Notes under the pieces: generated by a model
Told to the model about the DNA's origin: nothing
The model's input: only the letters and a program-made list of their open reading frames with translations
The model's database searches: none
Shown: in pieces, positions 50,940 through 62,398 of the stretch
How positions within the stretch are numbered: position 1 is the stretch's first letter
Layout of the letters: the number at the start of each line of letters is the position of its first letter
Assembly: GCA_035084275.1 (NCBI GenBank)
Contig: CM068742.1
Span: 122,016,001 to 122,080,000 of the forward strand
Direction: 5' to 3'
DNA length: 64,000 nt
DNA from: Hydrolagus colliei
Lineage: Eukaryota
Program-made: the position numbers and the translations under genes

Positions 50940-51232
50940 TTTCCACGTCCTGCTCCGACTAATATTTGCAGCGTGAGTCAGTGAGAGAGAGGGCGGGCTG
51001 GGCAGGGCTGGGCTGGGCTGGGAGTCAGTGATGGATGTAGAGGACGGGGATATAAAGAGGAGCGAGAGAGCAAACTCTCTCACACACACACACACACCTA
51101 CCTACCAGGCTGTGCCTCCACACTCACTCACTTTCACTCACTCACTGTCACACTGTGTAAAGCAGCACAAACACTCACACAAGGCAGAGCTGAAGCATTG
51201 GGCCACTCTGAGCAGTGACTTTCTCTTCAGAT
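50940..51232 (+). promoter_or_regulatory. AREG: AREG promoter and 5'UTR
   Basis: AP-1 site TGAGTCA at 50974-50980; GC box GGGCGG at 50991-50996; TATAAA at 51051-51056; (CA)n in the leader. Confidence 0.75.
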
Positions 51233-51278
51233 ATGCTGAAGGTGTACACCGTGCCTCTCCTCTTACTAATAGCTGCAG
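51233..51278 (+). CDS. AREG: Amphiregulin exon 1 (signal peptide)
   Basis: MLKVYTVPLLLLIAA followed by G|gtaatg, phase 1. Confidence 0.88.
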
Positions 51279-51793
51279 GTAATGAAACTCTCTCCTCACT
51301 GTTCTTTCAGTTGCTGGTAAAAGAAGCGTGAATTGTTTAAAGTTAGGTTTGATTATGAACAAGGATAAAGGGACATGTATTCTGTTGGCAGGTGGCATTC
51401 AGGTGGAATAGTTTGTACTCGATTATGGTTACTGATATTTACTGATAAACATTTGTAATTCTAGACATTTGGAAGGATTGTTTTCCGCTTGGTCAACCGT
51501 TTCTCCAAATTAGAAATTTATAGTTTCTTTTAAATTTTATGCGTTAACTTTTGTCTTAACTTTTTTGTGTGTAAACCGGATTAAGGGACACTTGCTGGCG
51601 TGAGGGGAGCTGTGTAAATGCTTGTGTTGTTGTCGTTGTCTTTTTAACTGTAAATTTTTAGATCCACATTTGGATTAAAAATACAAAATCAGACGGTGTT
51701 CTTGGTTATAACCATAGTTTCGGATTGGCCTGTTCAGCCTGTTCTGGATAAATGTTTACTTCCAAGTTTTAAATTGTTATTTTGCAATCACAG

Positions 51794-51994
51794 CCCATTG
51801 CTGGATAGGTTATGGCGCACGTATGGGTGAGAGTGACCATGGATTGTCAGAGTCTTCTGGGATTCCCACCCACAGTCCTGAACAGACCCAGCAGGTAACT
51901 GCAGTGCAATTCAGTGGCATCTATGTGGACAGTGATGACTACTATGAGGATGAAGATGAAGATTATGAACCATTGCTAATTGAAGACTTTCAAG
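51794..51994 (+). CDS. AREG: Amphiregulin exon 2 (acidic pro-region)
   Basis: tttgcaatcacag|...G|gtaagg, 201 nt. Reads ...YVDSDDYYEDEDEDYEPLLIEDFQ; compare human DYDYSEEYDNEPQI. Confidence 0.9.
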
Positions 51995-53648
51995 GTAAGG
52001 AGGCCATCACTTTGTTTCTTTCACATGTATATCATATGTGCGTACATCAGAAAGATATTGATGAGTATAGTCTTCCAAGATAAAATTTCAAAGCTTTCTT
52101 TCCACAATCTAATTCGTGTTCATTGGCTGATGTTTCCTTCATAAAACATTGAGAAGACTTGAAATAAGTTTAGCCAATTATAAATTTGTCATTACAGTTC
52201 GTTGTTGAGTAATAAACCAAGATTTGGGAATGGTATATACCAGTACGTCTTTAGTTTGTTAAGCAGAAAGGTCATCAGAAGGTGGCCAAGATGATAATTT
52301 CTAGAGATAAAATGGTACATCATGTGCCTCAGAAGCAAATAGTAGTGTCTCTAATCTATAATTCGGATACATTGAGTAAATCCATTTTTGGATGAAATGT
52401 TAAACATTGTCTCTCTGTTCAGATTGAAAGCTATTGTTCCCAAAGCACTATTCAAAAATAAAATGGAGTTTCTCTCGTCTTCAGTCCTGGCCAACGATTT
52501 CCCAGATAAAATTGATTATTCACTCCATGGTTCTTTGTTGGATATTGCAATGCAGTCACTGACTTTAAAAAAAAATTGTGTCTCATAGATTTAAATTCAT
52601 ACCACTTGGTCCTATAAAGTCAACCAATGCACTGACACAACAATGCCATGTGCAATATTTAGGAACGTTTCTAACTTGGTTGTTGTACAGGTGGATAAGG
52701 CAAAGTTTTCATGCAAACTATGCTGCATGGTAATTTTCATTGCCCAAAGTAGATTTTTAGACTGGTAGATTGACTGATCTGAACTTGAAAAGCATATACT
52801 GTATAAGGTATGCTTCTCACATCCAAGTACACCAATACTGACTGTGACAAAGAAATGAAAGTAGAAGTTAGGTTCAGAAGAAGCTTTATTGTCCTGGGCA
52901 GAAAATTCCCCAGATAAAAAAAATTGGTCACTCATTTCATGGCTGTTTGTGGGATATTGCTATACTCAAACTGGCTGCTGCATTTCACACACAAAATACA
53001 TAGTCTATTTTACAGTGCATCTTGTGAAATGGTGTGATACAGAGCAATATCAAATTCAATAATTAGTTTATTATTCATTGGCCACACCTATTGTTTTTAT
53101 TTGGCACTTGCAGTTTTTCTGAAACTAGAGGTTGCTGAGCCTTTAGTGGTGCCATGAACATGCACATGATTTAGCACGAAAACAATGTCTGGATATTGGA
53201 GATTACAATCAAACTTGTTCCTTTTTTTGTGCCATGATGCCTAAGTATACTTTGATATCAATTTGATGAATCAGCATTCATCAAAATATGCTGCCATAAA
53301 TGCTTCTCTGTTAAATAAACTTTAAGTTACGCAGCAATATTAACTACTCTACTTGCTTTTCACTGTAGAATGTGTTATTTTGTATCATTTTAAAAATTAC
53401 TGACATCTTAATAGTGTTTGTTTATTGTAAAATCATTATCTGAAAGGAACATGGTTTTACACTTCATTCCAATTGTTCAGTAACACTGGAACTCCTAATT
53501 TTCTTTGTCCATATAACATGAAAGAAGTCTTTTTGTTAAGATCCATTGGAAACTTAGTTCTAAAAGTTGCTTTGATATGTAGGGAAATGAATAGGAAGAT
53601 GTCGGAGTGCTCACGTATAAAATAATATATATCTGCTTGCATTATCAG

Positions 53649-53850
53649 TCCAGCCAGTTGTTAGACCAAGGAGTGGAGATGAAAATAAAAATAGTGAACC
53701 CAGAAAAGGAAGACGCAGAGGAAATAAAAAACGAAAGAGGACAAAACGAGGAAAGCGAAAACTCAAAGACTTGTGTAAAACTGTGTACAAGAATTATTGC
53801 ATTCATGGAACCTGCAAGTTCTTGAAGGAGCTCAATAAAACATCATGCAT
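53649..53850 (+). CDS. AREG: Amphiregulin exon 3 (basic heparin-binding region and EGF C1-C4)
   Basis: gcattatcag|...AT|gtaagt, 202 nt. Reads (V)QPVVRPRSGDENKNSEPRKGRRRGNKKRKRTKRGKRKLKDLCKTVYKNYCIHGTCKFLKELNKTSC(I). Confidence 0.93.
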
Positions 53851-54574
53851 GTAAGTGTATCTAAAGTTTCAATATACATTGAAATGATAACTGGTGAGGC
53901 TTATCTTGAAGCTTGTTTTCATTTAAAGGTTACATATTTTTGAGATTGGCATCTCATTTTGGTTTCCAGTACAAATACGGGCACACAATTTTTAAAAGTT
54001 TGTCCTTGTTTTTTTATCTTGAATAATTATGGTATACAGTATTTATATGAATCATGGCCCATATAAAAATGCGTTTCAATTCTGGACATAAATATCCGTG
54101 CAGGAAGTAGGATCCATTGGAAACTCCATTGGAAAGCAAAACACAATGGCATATACAGTATAGCATGCTTTGACAATGTACATTTATATTGGGGTTTGCC
54201 ACCAAAGGTGCACATCACCACATATAACACACTTACTGCCATAGGGAGCTTCCTCTCTAGCAGAAGAATATTATGGGGTTGGTTTTACAAGCAACAAGTT
54301 TCTGCACCTCCCTCAACAACAGCAAAATTACATTTGTATGGCGCCTTGCACATCGGGAGGACATCCCAATGTACACTTAGTACAAGCACATAGCATAGTA
54401 GCAGCTCAGGCTGGTGAAAGAGATTCAAAAGTACCAGAGTAATCCTTTTTAGCACTGGTGCACTCTAAGCACCAACAGCAACCTTCAGGTCTGGTATCTC
54501 AATTCATTATACAGTAGTTGGTCAGCCTTTCAGAATATGCTGAGGACGCTTGTGCAAAGCTCCATCAAATAGTG

Positions 54575-54870
54575 GGCGATTCAGTGACTCGTGGTCACAG
54601 ATTTAAAATAGTTTCAAAACGAAGCAGAGGGGAGCTGAGGAGAATTTTTTTCACTCAGCGGGTTGTTCGAATCTGGAATGCATTGCCTGAAAAGGTGGTG
54701 GAGGCAGATTCCATAACAGCTTTTAAAGGGAACTAGATCTTTATTTAGGAAGAGCAGGTCTGTTAGGTTATGGGGAGAAAGCTGGGCAGTGGGATTGACT
54801 TGCTCTGTTCAAAGAGCCGGCACAGACTAGATGGGCCAAATGGCCTCCTTTAGTGCTGTATGATTCTATG
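54575..54870 (+). mobile_element. CR1 LINE 3' end
   Basis: TRGHRFKI...FFTQRVVRIWNALPEKVVEADSITAFK remnant and tail tatgattctatg. Confidence 0.9.
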
Positions 54871-55335
54871 AATTAAATGGTACATGGTGCAAGTTAGTGT
54901 CAGTTGAATTCCAGTGGTGATCTTTATGTTAGCTTATCCATGTGCGTGTATTTATTCCACCTAAAAACTTGTGTGTTGAGAAACAAAATCTGAGTTAAAT
55001 ATCATCTTGAGTAAATTCCTTTACAAAATTCCTCATCACTCCAAAGGAAAAGGGCCCAGTGATGAATTATCTAGTGTGAGAAGTTATATGTATGCATAAA
55101 CAAATGCAGCTGGGAAATTGATAGCGTGATGATTTATGTGGAAATGTTAAGCCAAGATGGAGTTATCAGGAGTTTACTGTATATACTTACTAATATAAGG
55201 CATTCAATTTCACCCTGTCTTAGGAGACAAGGCCATTTTGTCTTAGAATATTGCATGTTATCTCCCCACCATATTTCATGAGGAAAAACATGGCAAAACC
55301 GATTACATTAACATTTAAATTTGATTTCTCTTCAG

Positions 55336-55491
55336 ATGCCATCCTGGGTACCAGAATGAACGCTGTGGCATTCAGGCATTGAGCACTGGAACTAGTGAGG
55401 AGAGCATTGATGGCCTCACAATTGCATTACTGCTCGTGGGAGCAATGCTCACGCTTGCTGCAATTAGTGTGGTTGCCACTGTGATACTGAG
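55336..55491 (+). CDS. AREG: Amphiregulin exon 4 (EGF C5-C6, stalk, transmembrane helix)
   Basis: tttctcttcag|A...AG|gtaagt, 156 nt. Reads CHPGYQNERCGIQALSTGTSEESIDGLTIALLLVGAMLTLAAISVVATVIL(R). Confidence 0.93.
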
Positions 55492-55669
55492 GTAAGTGCA
55501 ACTTTACAGTGAAACATTCTTGTCTTTCAGACTCGTATCTATGTATAAGTAAATCTTGCCTCTCTGTCATATGCTTATATCTGTTGCAGGAAAAGGTTAT
55601 CAAGGGTTGATGGGTTAGCAAAAAAAATCATCATTTGCCATTTACAGTATTCATATATATATATATATA

Positions 55670-56400
55670 CAGTAAAAACATGTTTATCCGGCACCCGTGG
55701 GACCTGTCCAGTGCCGGTTAAATTGTCTGCCGGATATTTGGGCGACCCATGGCCGAAAACCCTCTATAAAAAAAATTAAGTTCTTTTAACACACACCATA
55801 CACACCAGACTAAGTAATAACAATTAATAACAGAATATTATATCGGTACTTATTGTTAAAACTACTCTCTTGCGCTTCTCATATTTACTGATTGAGGTTT
55901 ACAGTCCAGCGATTAATTTTTAAATGGGGGGTGCCATGCTGGTGAAAAAAATGGCAGCGCGATTTTAAAGTCGCGCGACTTTAAAACCAGCGGCAAGCCG
56001 ATAACCTTAGGCTACTAGTGGCAAACTTAAATACTGCACCTGCGCGACAATGTGGGTTATTGGCTCACGTTATCGGCTTGCCGCTAGTATGGCTTTAAAG
56101 TCACGCTCCGTTTTTTTCACCCGCTTGGCATGCTCCATTTTAATCGCTGGACTATAAACCTCAACTGCAGCATCATGGCTTCAAGTGCAGCATCTACCAG
56201 CAAAGGTAAAAAGTGCAAGAAAGTTTTAACAATAAGTACCAATACAATATTTATTATTATGTTATTATTTATGTATTTACAAATGCTCCATTGCTATTGT
56301 TCTGGATGAGTTCCGGTTCATCGAATGGGGACTTTTTTTTGGCATGCCAGTTATACGGAAGTGCCGGCTCATCGAGTCACAGATAAACGGGTTTCTACCG
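55670..56400. mobile_element. Tigger-like foldback MITE inserted in a (TA)n tract
   Basis: Imperfect TIRs CAGTAAAAACATGTTTATCCG / CGGTAGAAACCCGTTTATCTG; nested internal inverted repeats; flanked by TA/TG microsatellites. Confidence 0.8.
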
Positions 56401-56710
56401 TGTGTGTGTATATATGTATGTTTTTATATATATATATATCTATATATATATATATATAGATAGTGAGAACAACTTAACTATTAAGCTACTTAATACTGTA
56501 ATAGGTTAAATTCCAACACCGAAAATAGCACTCTGAGATGCTATCCTATATGAAAAGTGCTTTGCCAGTGCAAATTGTTGTACGTGGGCAAGATTTCTTC
56601 ATTAACTCTTTTCCGACTGAAATTATATTATTTGCCGAACAATAAAAGTTACCGATCAGCTTGGTTTCCATGTCTCACATTTAGTAATAACAAATGTCTC
56701 CTTGTTTCAG

Positions 56711-56792
56711 GTGTAAGAAAAAGTTGAGAGATGCACGTGAGGTTGAAAGTGAAGAAAAGCAGAAACTCGGAGAAATTAGTCATGTGGTTTGA
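56711..56792 (+). CDS. AREG: Amphiregulin exon 5 (cytoplasmic tail and stop)
   Basis: cttgtttcag|G, reads CKKKLRDAREVESEEKQKLGEISHVV*. Donor AG|gtgaat at 56798/56799, 6 nt after the stop. Spliced CDS totals 687 nt, 228 aa. Confidence 0.9.
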
Positions 56793-58028
56793 AAAAAGGT
56801 GAATTAATTAATATTCTGAGCACCTTGTACTTACCTGTAGCTCAATTAAAATATTGTGTCAGCTTGGCTCAATGACAGAGTCAAGGGCCAAGCGCTTGAG
56901 TCAGAAGATTGTGGGTTCTAGCCCAAAGTGGGAACTTTGAATCATATACAACAAAAAAAAATTGCACTTATATAGCACCTTTCACATCGGGAGGCCATCC
57001 CAAAGCGCTTGAGACCGGCCTTGAAGGAGGAAAGGGAGGAAGCAAGGTGGAGGGGCTGCGGGATGGAGTTCCACAGTGTGGGAGCAGAGAGGCTGAAAGC
57101 TTGGCTGCCGATGGTTGGGCAGTCAGGGCGGTGGACGTGAAACATAGTCTAAACTGATCACCTGCTGCGTTGATAGAGGTGCGATACCTCTATCTTTGAA
57201 TGAGATGTTAAACTAAGGTTCTGTCTGCCTGTTCAGGTGAATGTTAAAGATCCCATGGTACTGTTTGAAAAGAGAAAGGAGTTTTTTTTTAAATCCTGGC
57301 AAATAAACAACAAATAAAATTGGTTGCTCATTTCATGGTGAGGCTCCAGAAATGGAGTTCCAAAGAATATGGGCAGAAACTTCTGGTGGTGTGGCGGACA
57401 GGGCCGGGGCATACAGACATTTCAATGTTATAGGTGATAGAAAAACATGAGTTGTATGTTCTTTACAAAAGATTGTTGGTTCTAAACCTGCTGTAGTCTG
57501 TCTGCATATGTGTTTCTGTCCTATTCAGCAACTTGGATGTAAAAAGGCATTTGAATAGATGATTTGCACTTATTTTAGTGGAACATTCAAACCTGGTCAT
57601 GTTTCTATAACAGCAACAACAAAATTACATTTGTAGTGCACCTTTCAAGTGAGGAGGACTTCCCAAGGCACTGAGTGTCTTGGAATTTTTTTAAAGATGT
57701 GAGATTCTGTTATTTCAATATAATCAAATGCAGAAAAGCTCATGAGAAGAGCCCAGCAAATTGTTGAGGTTCTGTTTCAAAGACAATATGTTGATACAAT
57801 TCCAGTCAAACATATTTGGATAAAAATGACGTGGTTTGCTATTTGCGGACCTGCCCATCAACACAATCTGCAACATTTCTACTCCGAAAGTGTCACACAC
57901 AGCACTAAAAGGATCTATTTGATGTGGTTTGACTGCAGAATGTATTTTAACTTCTGATTGAGTTGGTAGCTGCTATTGCGTGCTCTGTTGGTGAACACTG
58001 ATATTAACGATGTTAAACTTGTTTACAG

Positions 58029-58330
58029 GATGTCCTGGATCTGACACTTGAGAAACTGGAGAATCTGAAGACTAGTATCTGTAGCTACTACCGTGTATGA
58101 AGAGAAGAACAAAATCCTGACTTTCATCTGCATCTGTTATAGGATGCCTGTGTTTTTATTATGGGTTGCTTAAAGAATATACTAGTTTTGGTAGAAATAA
58201 TACTACTTAGCTGATTTGTTTATATTTATTTGATATTTAATATTATTTAATGTTTCTGTACATTTGTTACACTTGAATTAAAAATGTAAATAGAGTATCA
58301 AAAGTATTAAACAAAGGCTTGTATTAATCT
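58029..58330 (+). other. AREG: Probable AREG exon 6 (non-coding 3'UTR exon)
   Basis: Acceptor cttgtttacag|G; ATTTA-rich tract at 58222-58250; ATTAAA at 58277 and 58306. Matches the known 6-exon AREG/HBEGF layout with a UTR-only last exon. Confidence 0.65.
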
Positions 58331-60374
58331 TCTTGTTGCTTGCTTTGTTTATATAATGCGCACTACCTACCTGTATAAAGTTTTCATTCTTCCCTGAAAC
58401 CATTCATATCTCTGATTGCTCTGAATACTCTTCCATATGGTCATTGTTCCACAAAATATACAATAATTCACTTTATAGTAAATTCAAATCCATTCACTTC
58501 CTGGCACCTCCCTAACTCTCCGATCACCTCACTCCCTAATCCACCAACAGGTGCATCCATTGGACTGGCATTGGCCTCCTGCTCAACCCTTGCACCCTCC
58601 GCCCCACCATCGCTTTCAGCCATTACCTGCTAAAACTCTGGAACACTTGCCCTCAATCCGTCCATCTTGCCCCCCTTCTCCCCCTTTTTGAGTGCCGCCT
58701 GAAAACCCTCTCCTTTGACCGTGTTTCTGGACACCTCCCACCACCCCCCACCAGCTTGGAGTCAGGCTCCGCCACTGTTAAGTGCTCTGAGATGCTACCT
58801 GCCATGGAGGGTGCTATTTAAGAGCAAGTTATTGTGTTCTGTGAAGGACTTTGAGACATATTGAAAGCATGGTCAGGCTCTACATCAAATGTAAGGATTC
58901 TTATTATTGTTCATGTGTGAACCCCGACAGTGAGAGTTGAAGATGATATATCAGATGATAATCATTGCTTGTGTTAAACTGCTTGGGTATTATAGAACTA
59001 TAACTTGTTTAGAAACACATGGGAATTCCATATTCCAGTCTCTGAACTTTATAGGTTAGGGTGATCTGAATGATCCTAGCTGGGCAAGCAACGGGAAAGC
59101 TTGCCAGACATTGCTATGAATATTTGCATTTTTAGCTGGTTAGATTCCAGTAGTCTAACCAGACTCCAGTGTCAAGTACTCTCCAGAATTGGGTAAGCAG
59201 TGCACGAGTGCAGTTTCCATTCCAATACATGGGATTTCCCAATGGATAGGTGGAATGCATGGAGTGCATTTGTTTGCTTTGGATACTTGCAAAAACTGTG
59301 GGGGGATTCTGGATGTTTCGGACACTCAATCGACCAAAAACTGACACTGTACCCTGTGAAGCGCTTTGCGACATCCACCTAATATGGTGTGGATCCCAGA
59401 GTATCCTATAACATTTTATAGATTTTTATAGCAATCATAGAAGGAAAACATTGCTAACTCTGTAATTTTAAGATCTGTCTTTGGAACGGTTCAAAGACCG
59501 TGCCAATGAAGAAATTGTTGCTTACTGTTCCTCAGAATCAGATATAATAAAAATAATAATATTTCTTGCATTTCATACAGCGCTTTTCACGTCTTCTAGA
59601 TGTCTCAAAGCGCTTCACAGAATATACTGCATTAGGATATCATTGCAAGTGGGTTATATGGGAGCATTGTAAAGGGGTTAGAGTGTTCGCTTTGGAAGTA
59701 CGGAATCAATTCACTGTCCAGTCAATTCAATATATTCTGTGAAGGGCTTTGAGATTTCTTGAAGAGACTCTATATCAAAATGCAAGAATTCTTATTGTAT
59801 TAGATACTATTATAAAGGGGCTATATACGATACTATTGTAAACAACAGCAAAATTACATTTGTATAATGCTTTTCACACCGGGAGGACGTCCCAAGGTGC
59901 GGGACAGTCAGTATCAGACCCATGCTGGGGTAGGGGAGGGTGGAGGGAAAGGAGGAAAGTAAAGGGGCTATATAAGATAATATTGTAAAGGGTTTATATA
60001 GTAGAGAAAATTACAACGTGCAATGTATTATTATCATTAGTGATAATGAATACTTTGCAAGTGTCAATTTTCAGAGGAATTCTCAATCAGCTTTGGTTAT
60101 TTTGGTTCTTCAATAAATCTTTCACAAATACAGTACATTAATCTCAATTCCCCATGCTTTCATATGCTCTGTTTCTAAATGTTGTTTACTTTCTGGTGTG
60201 CTATCCTAACCATAATATTGGAGAAAAACGTAACCCAATTTTTTTTGTTGGAATTATTATGCAATCTAGTCTCATAATGTAAACCTTTCGGCCACCAGAC
60301 ATATTCACTGGTTTAGTAAATCTACACCCTTCCAAAGACAATATATCTTTGTACAAGACATTTTCTTATCTGAA

Positions 60375-60920
60375 ACAACCACAACATTGCATTTATCATA
60401 GCACCCTTCATGTAAAGTAAAGTCTTAGAGCACTTCACTGTAGCGCAGTTGGAACATAAGGCAAATGAGAAGAGGCAAGGGAAGCGACTGTAGGTATAGT
60501 TGAAGAGGTAGATTTTAAAGTGGGATTTAAAGTCAGATAGTGGTGGAAATAAAGCAGAGTGGTAGAGGCAGGTTATTGCACAGATTAGGAGCAAGGGTAG
60601 TGGCATAGAACGATAGGGGGATATCCAGCAGGAATGTGTTATCTGAACAGAGGTAGAGAGCAGAGGAGTGGGATACGAGCAGACCAGAGAGAGAGGCAGG
60701 TGCTAATTTGTAGAGGGATTTAAATGTAAGGGTATAAGGACCTTGAAGTCAATCCGTTCAGAGACAGTGCAACCTGATGTAAATTGTGGTGATGGAGGTG
60801 CAGAGGTAGGTCCAGGAGTGGACATGGGCAGTATTTAATTAGCTAGATCTTGTAAGTGATTAAACTCGGGAGATGCAATTGAGAAATCAAGGCGGGAGGT
60901 GTTAAAAGCTGCAAAGGGGT
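60375..60920 (-). mobile_element. Old degenerate L2 3' fragment
   Basis: FKSHFKIYLF remnant; tail gtgctatgataaatgcaatgttg. Confidence 0.65.
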
Positions 60921-62398
60921 CCAGCAAAGGCAATATTATGCTGTATGGTGTTACTGTTGTTTAGTAATTTCTCTGTGTAACACACAATGTGGTAAATCCC
61001 ATCCATATAATCTCCTTTCAATAAACCACAAGTTCAAAATGCTTCAGTTAAAGTGCATTATTATAAACCCATAGGGACTGACAAGTGCCTCTGGTTAGTA
61101 AAGGCTTACTTTTTCAGGTTTCAATGACGGTTATAATCTTATGATAATGGGAAGTTTGTACTGGTCTAATTAGTAAAAGGTCCAATTATATAATGATTGC
61201 ATGAACTTCAGGAAAATCATAATCAGCATGTTCAGTGTTTAATGCTGTAATTAAACATAAACTCTGCTGTTATTGCTCAGATGTCAGCCTGGCTCAATTT
61301 GAAGTACTGTACTAAGTCACAAGGCTGTGGGTTCAAGCCCCATATTTGGAATTTGAACTCACAGTCCTGCTGGATATACCATTACAGTACCGAGGGAGCC
61401 TTTCATTGTTGGAGGTGTTGTCCTTCAAATGAGACATTGAACCAAAGTCCCACCTGGCTCTACTGTATATGTGGATATTTCCTTACGGCACATGCCTGAT
61501 AATAATCCCTCAAGAAAAAAAATGTGGTCATTTTCAAATCCATGACTGTTTGTGGGATACCGCTGTACGCAGTTGACTGCTGCGTTTCACCCAAAAATAT
61601 ACAGTCAATCCACTTTGCAGTATATTCTGTGAAGCACTGTGTCAAGTGCAAGGTTTATTATTATTATTAAACATTCCTTGGCACTATTCAAAAAGAAAAG
61701 GGAGTTTCTCCTGAAGATTTTGCCAATAATTCCCCAAATGAAATTCTTAGTTTCTTATTTGTGGGACATCTCTGTGCAAAAATTGGCTGTTGTGTTTGCC
61801 TATAAAATTAGACAATCAAGATACAAAAATCATGTGATTCTTATGATACTGGATATTCAAAGAAGCGTGTGCAGGAAGCTGTGTAAAGATTTATTGCTGG
61901 AACAATCGTTTGATTATCTATGAGTTGAAGGTTCCAGTTCTGAAATCTGTTTCAAATTGATTCGCTTCCAAATGATGAGTAGAAGTTAAAAAGAAACGAA
62001 AAGTGTTATTACCAGCGTCACATAAAGATCTTGACATTTCTGCAGTGGAGGTGAATTCCAGCCCCACCTGGTTTGTGTGCTCACAGTTCTGAGCTCTAGC
62101 AGCAATGCACCTCCTGAAAGGGTGATGGAAACAGACTCAAAAATCACTTTGAAAACATATTTACTTGAAAGAAAAGAGTTGCAAGGCTAGGGAGAAAGAT
62201 GGGAAGTGGGCGAGTAGGACTAATTAGATAGGTTTTTCAAAGTCTCAAAATGTTTTGTTTATGAACCTGTCAAACATATGTTCCTAAAATTCTACCTAGT
62301 CTCAGCATGTGACACCACACTTAAGATCGCACAGATTATTGAAAATTCTCAGTTCAATCTTAAATTGAAGACTGGTTCTCTATAATTCTTTAAATGTA

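Noticed and set aside
53607-53825. 72-aa acidic ORF in the ORF track
   Set aside because: Alternative frame of AREG exon 3; the spliced frame encodes the EGF cysteines.
51233-56792. Calling the third gene HBEGF
   Set aside because: Position after EPGN-EREG, the acidic Tyr-rich pro-region and the VQPVVRP motif favour AREG; the HB-EGF-like features are reported as a finding.
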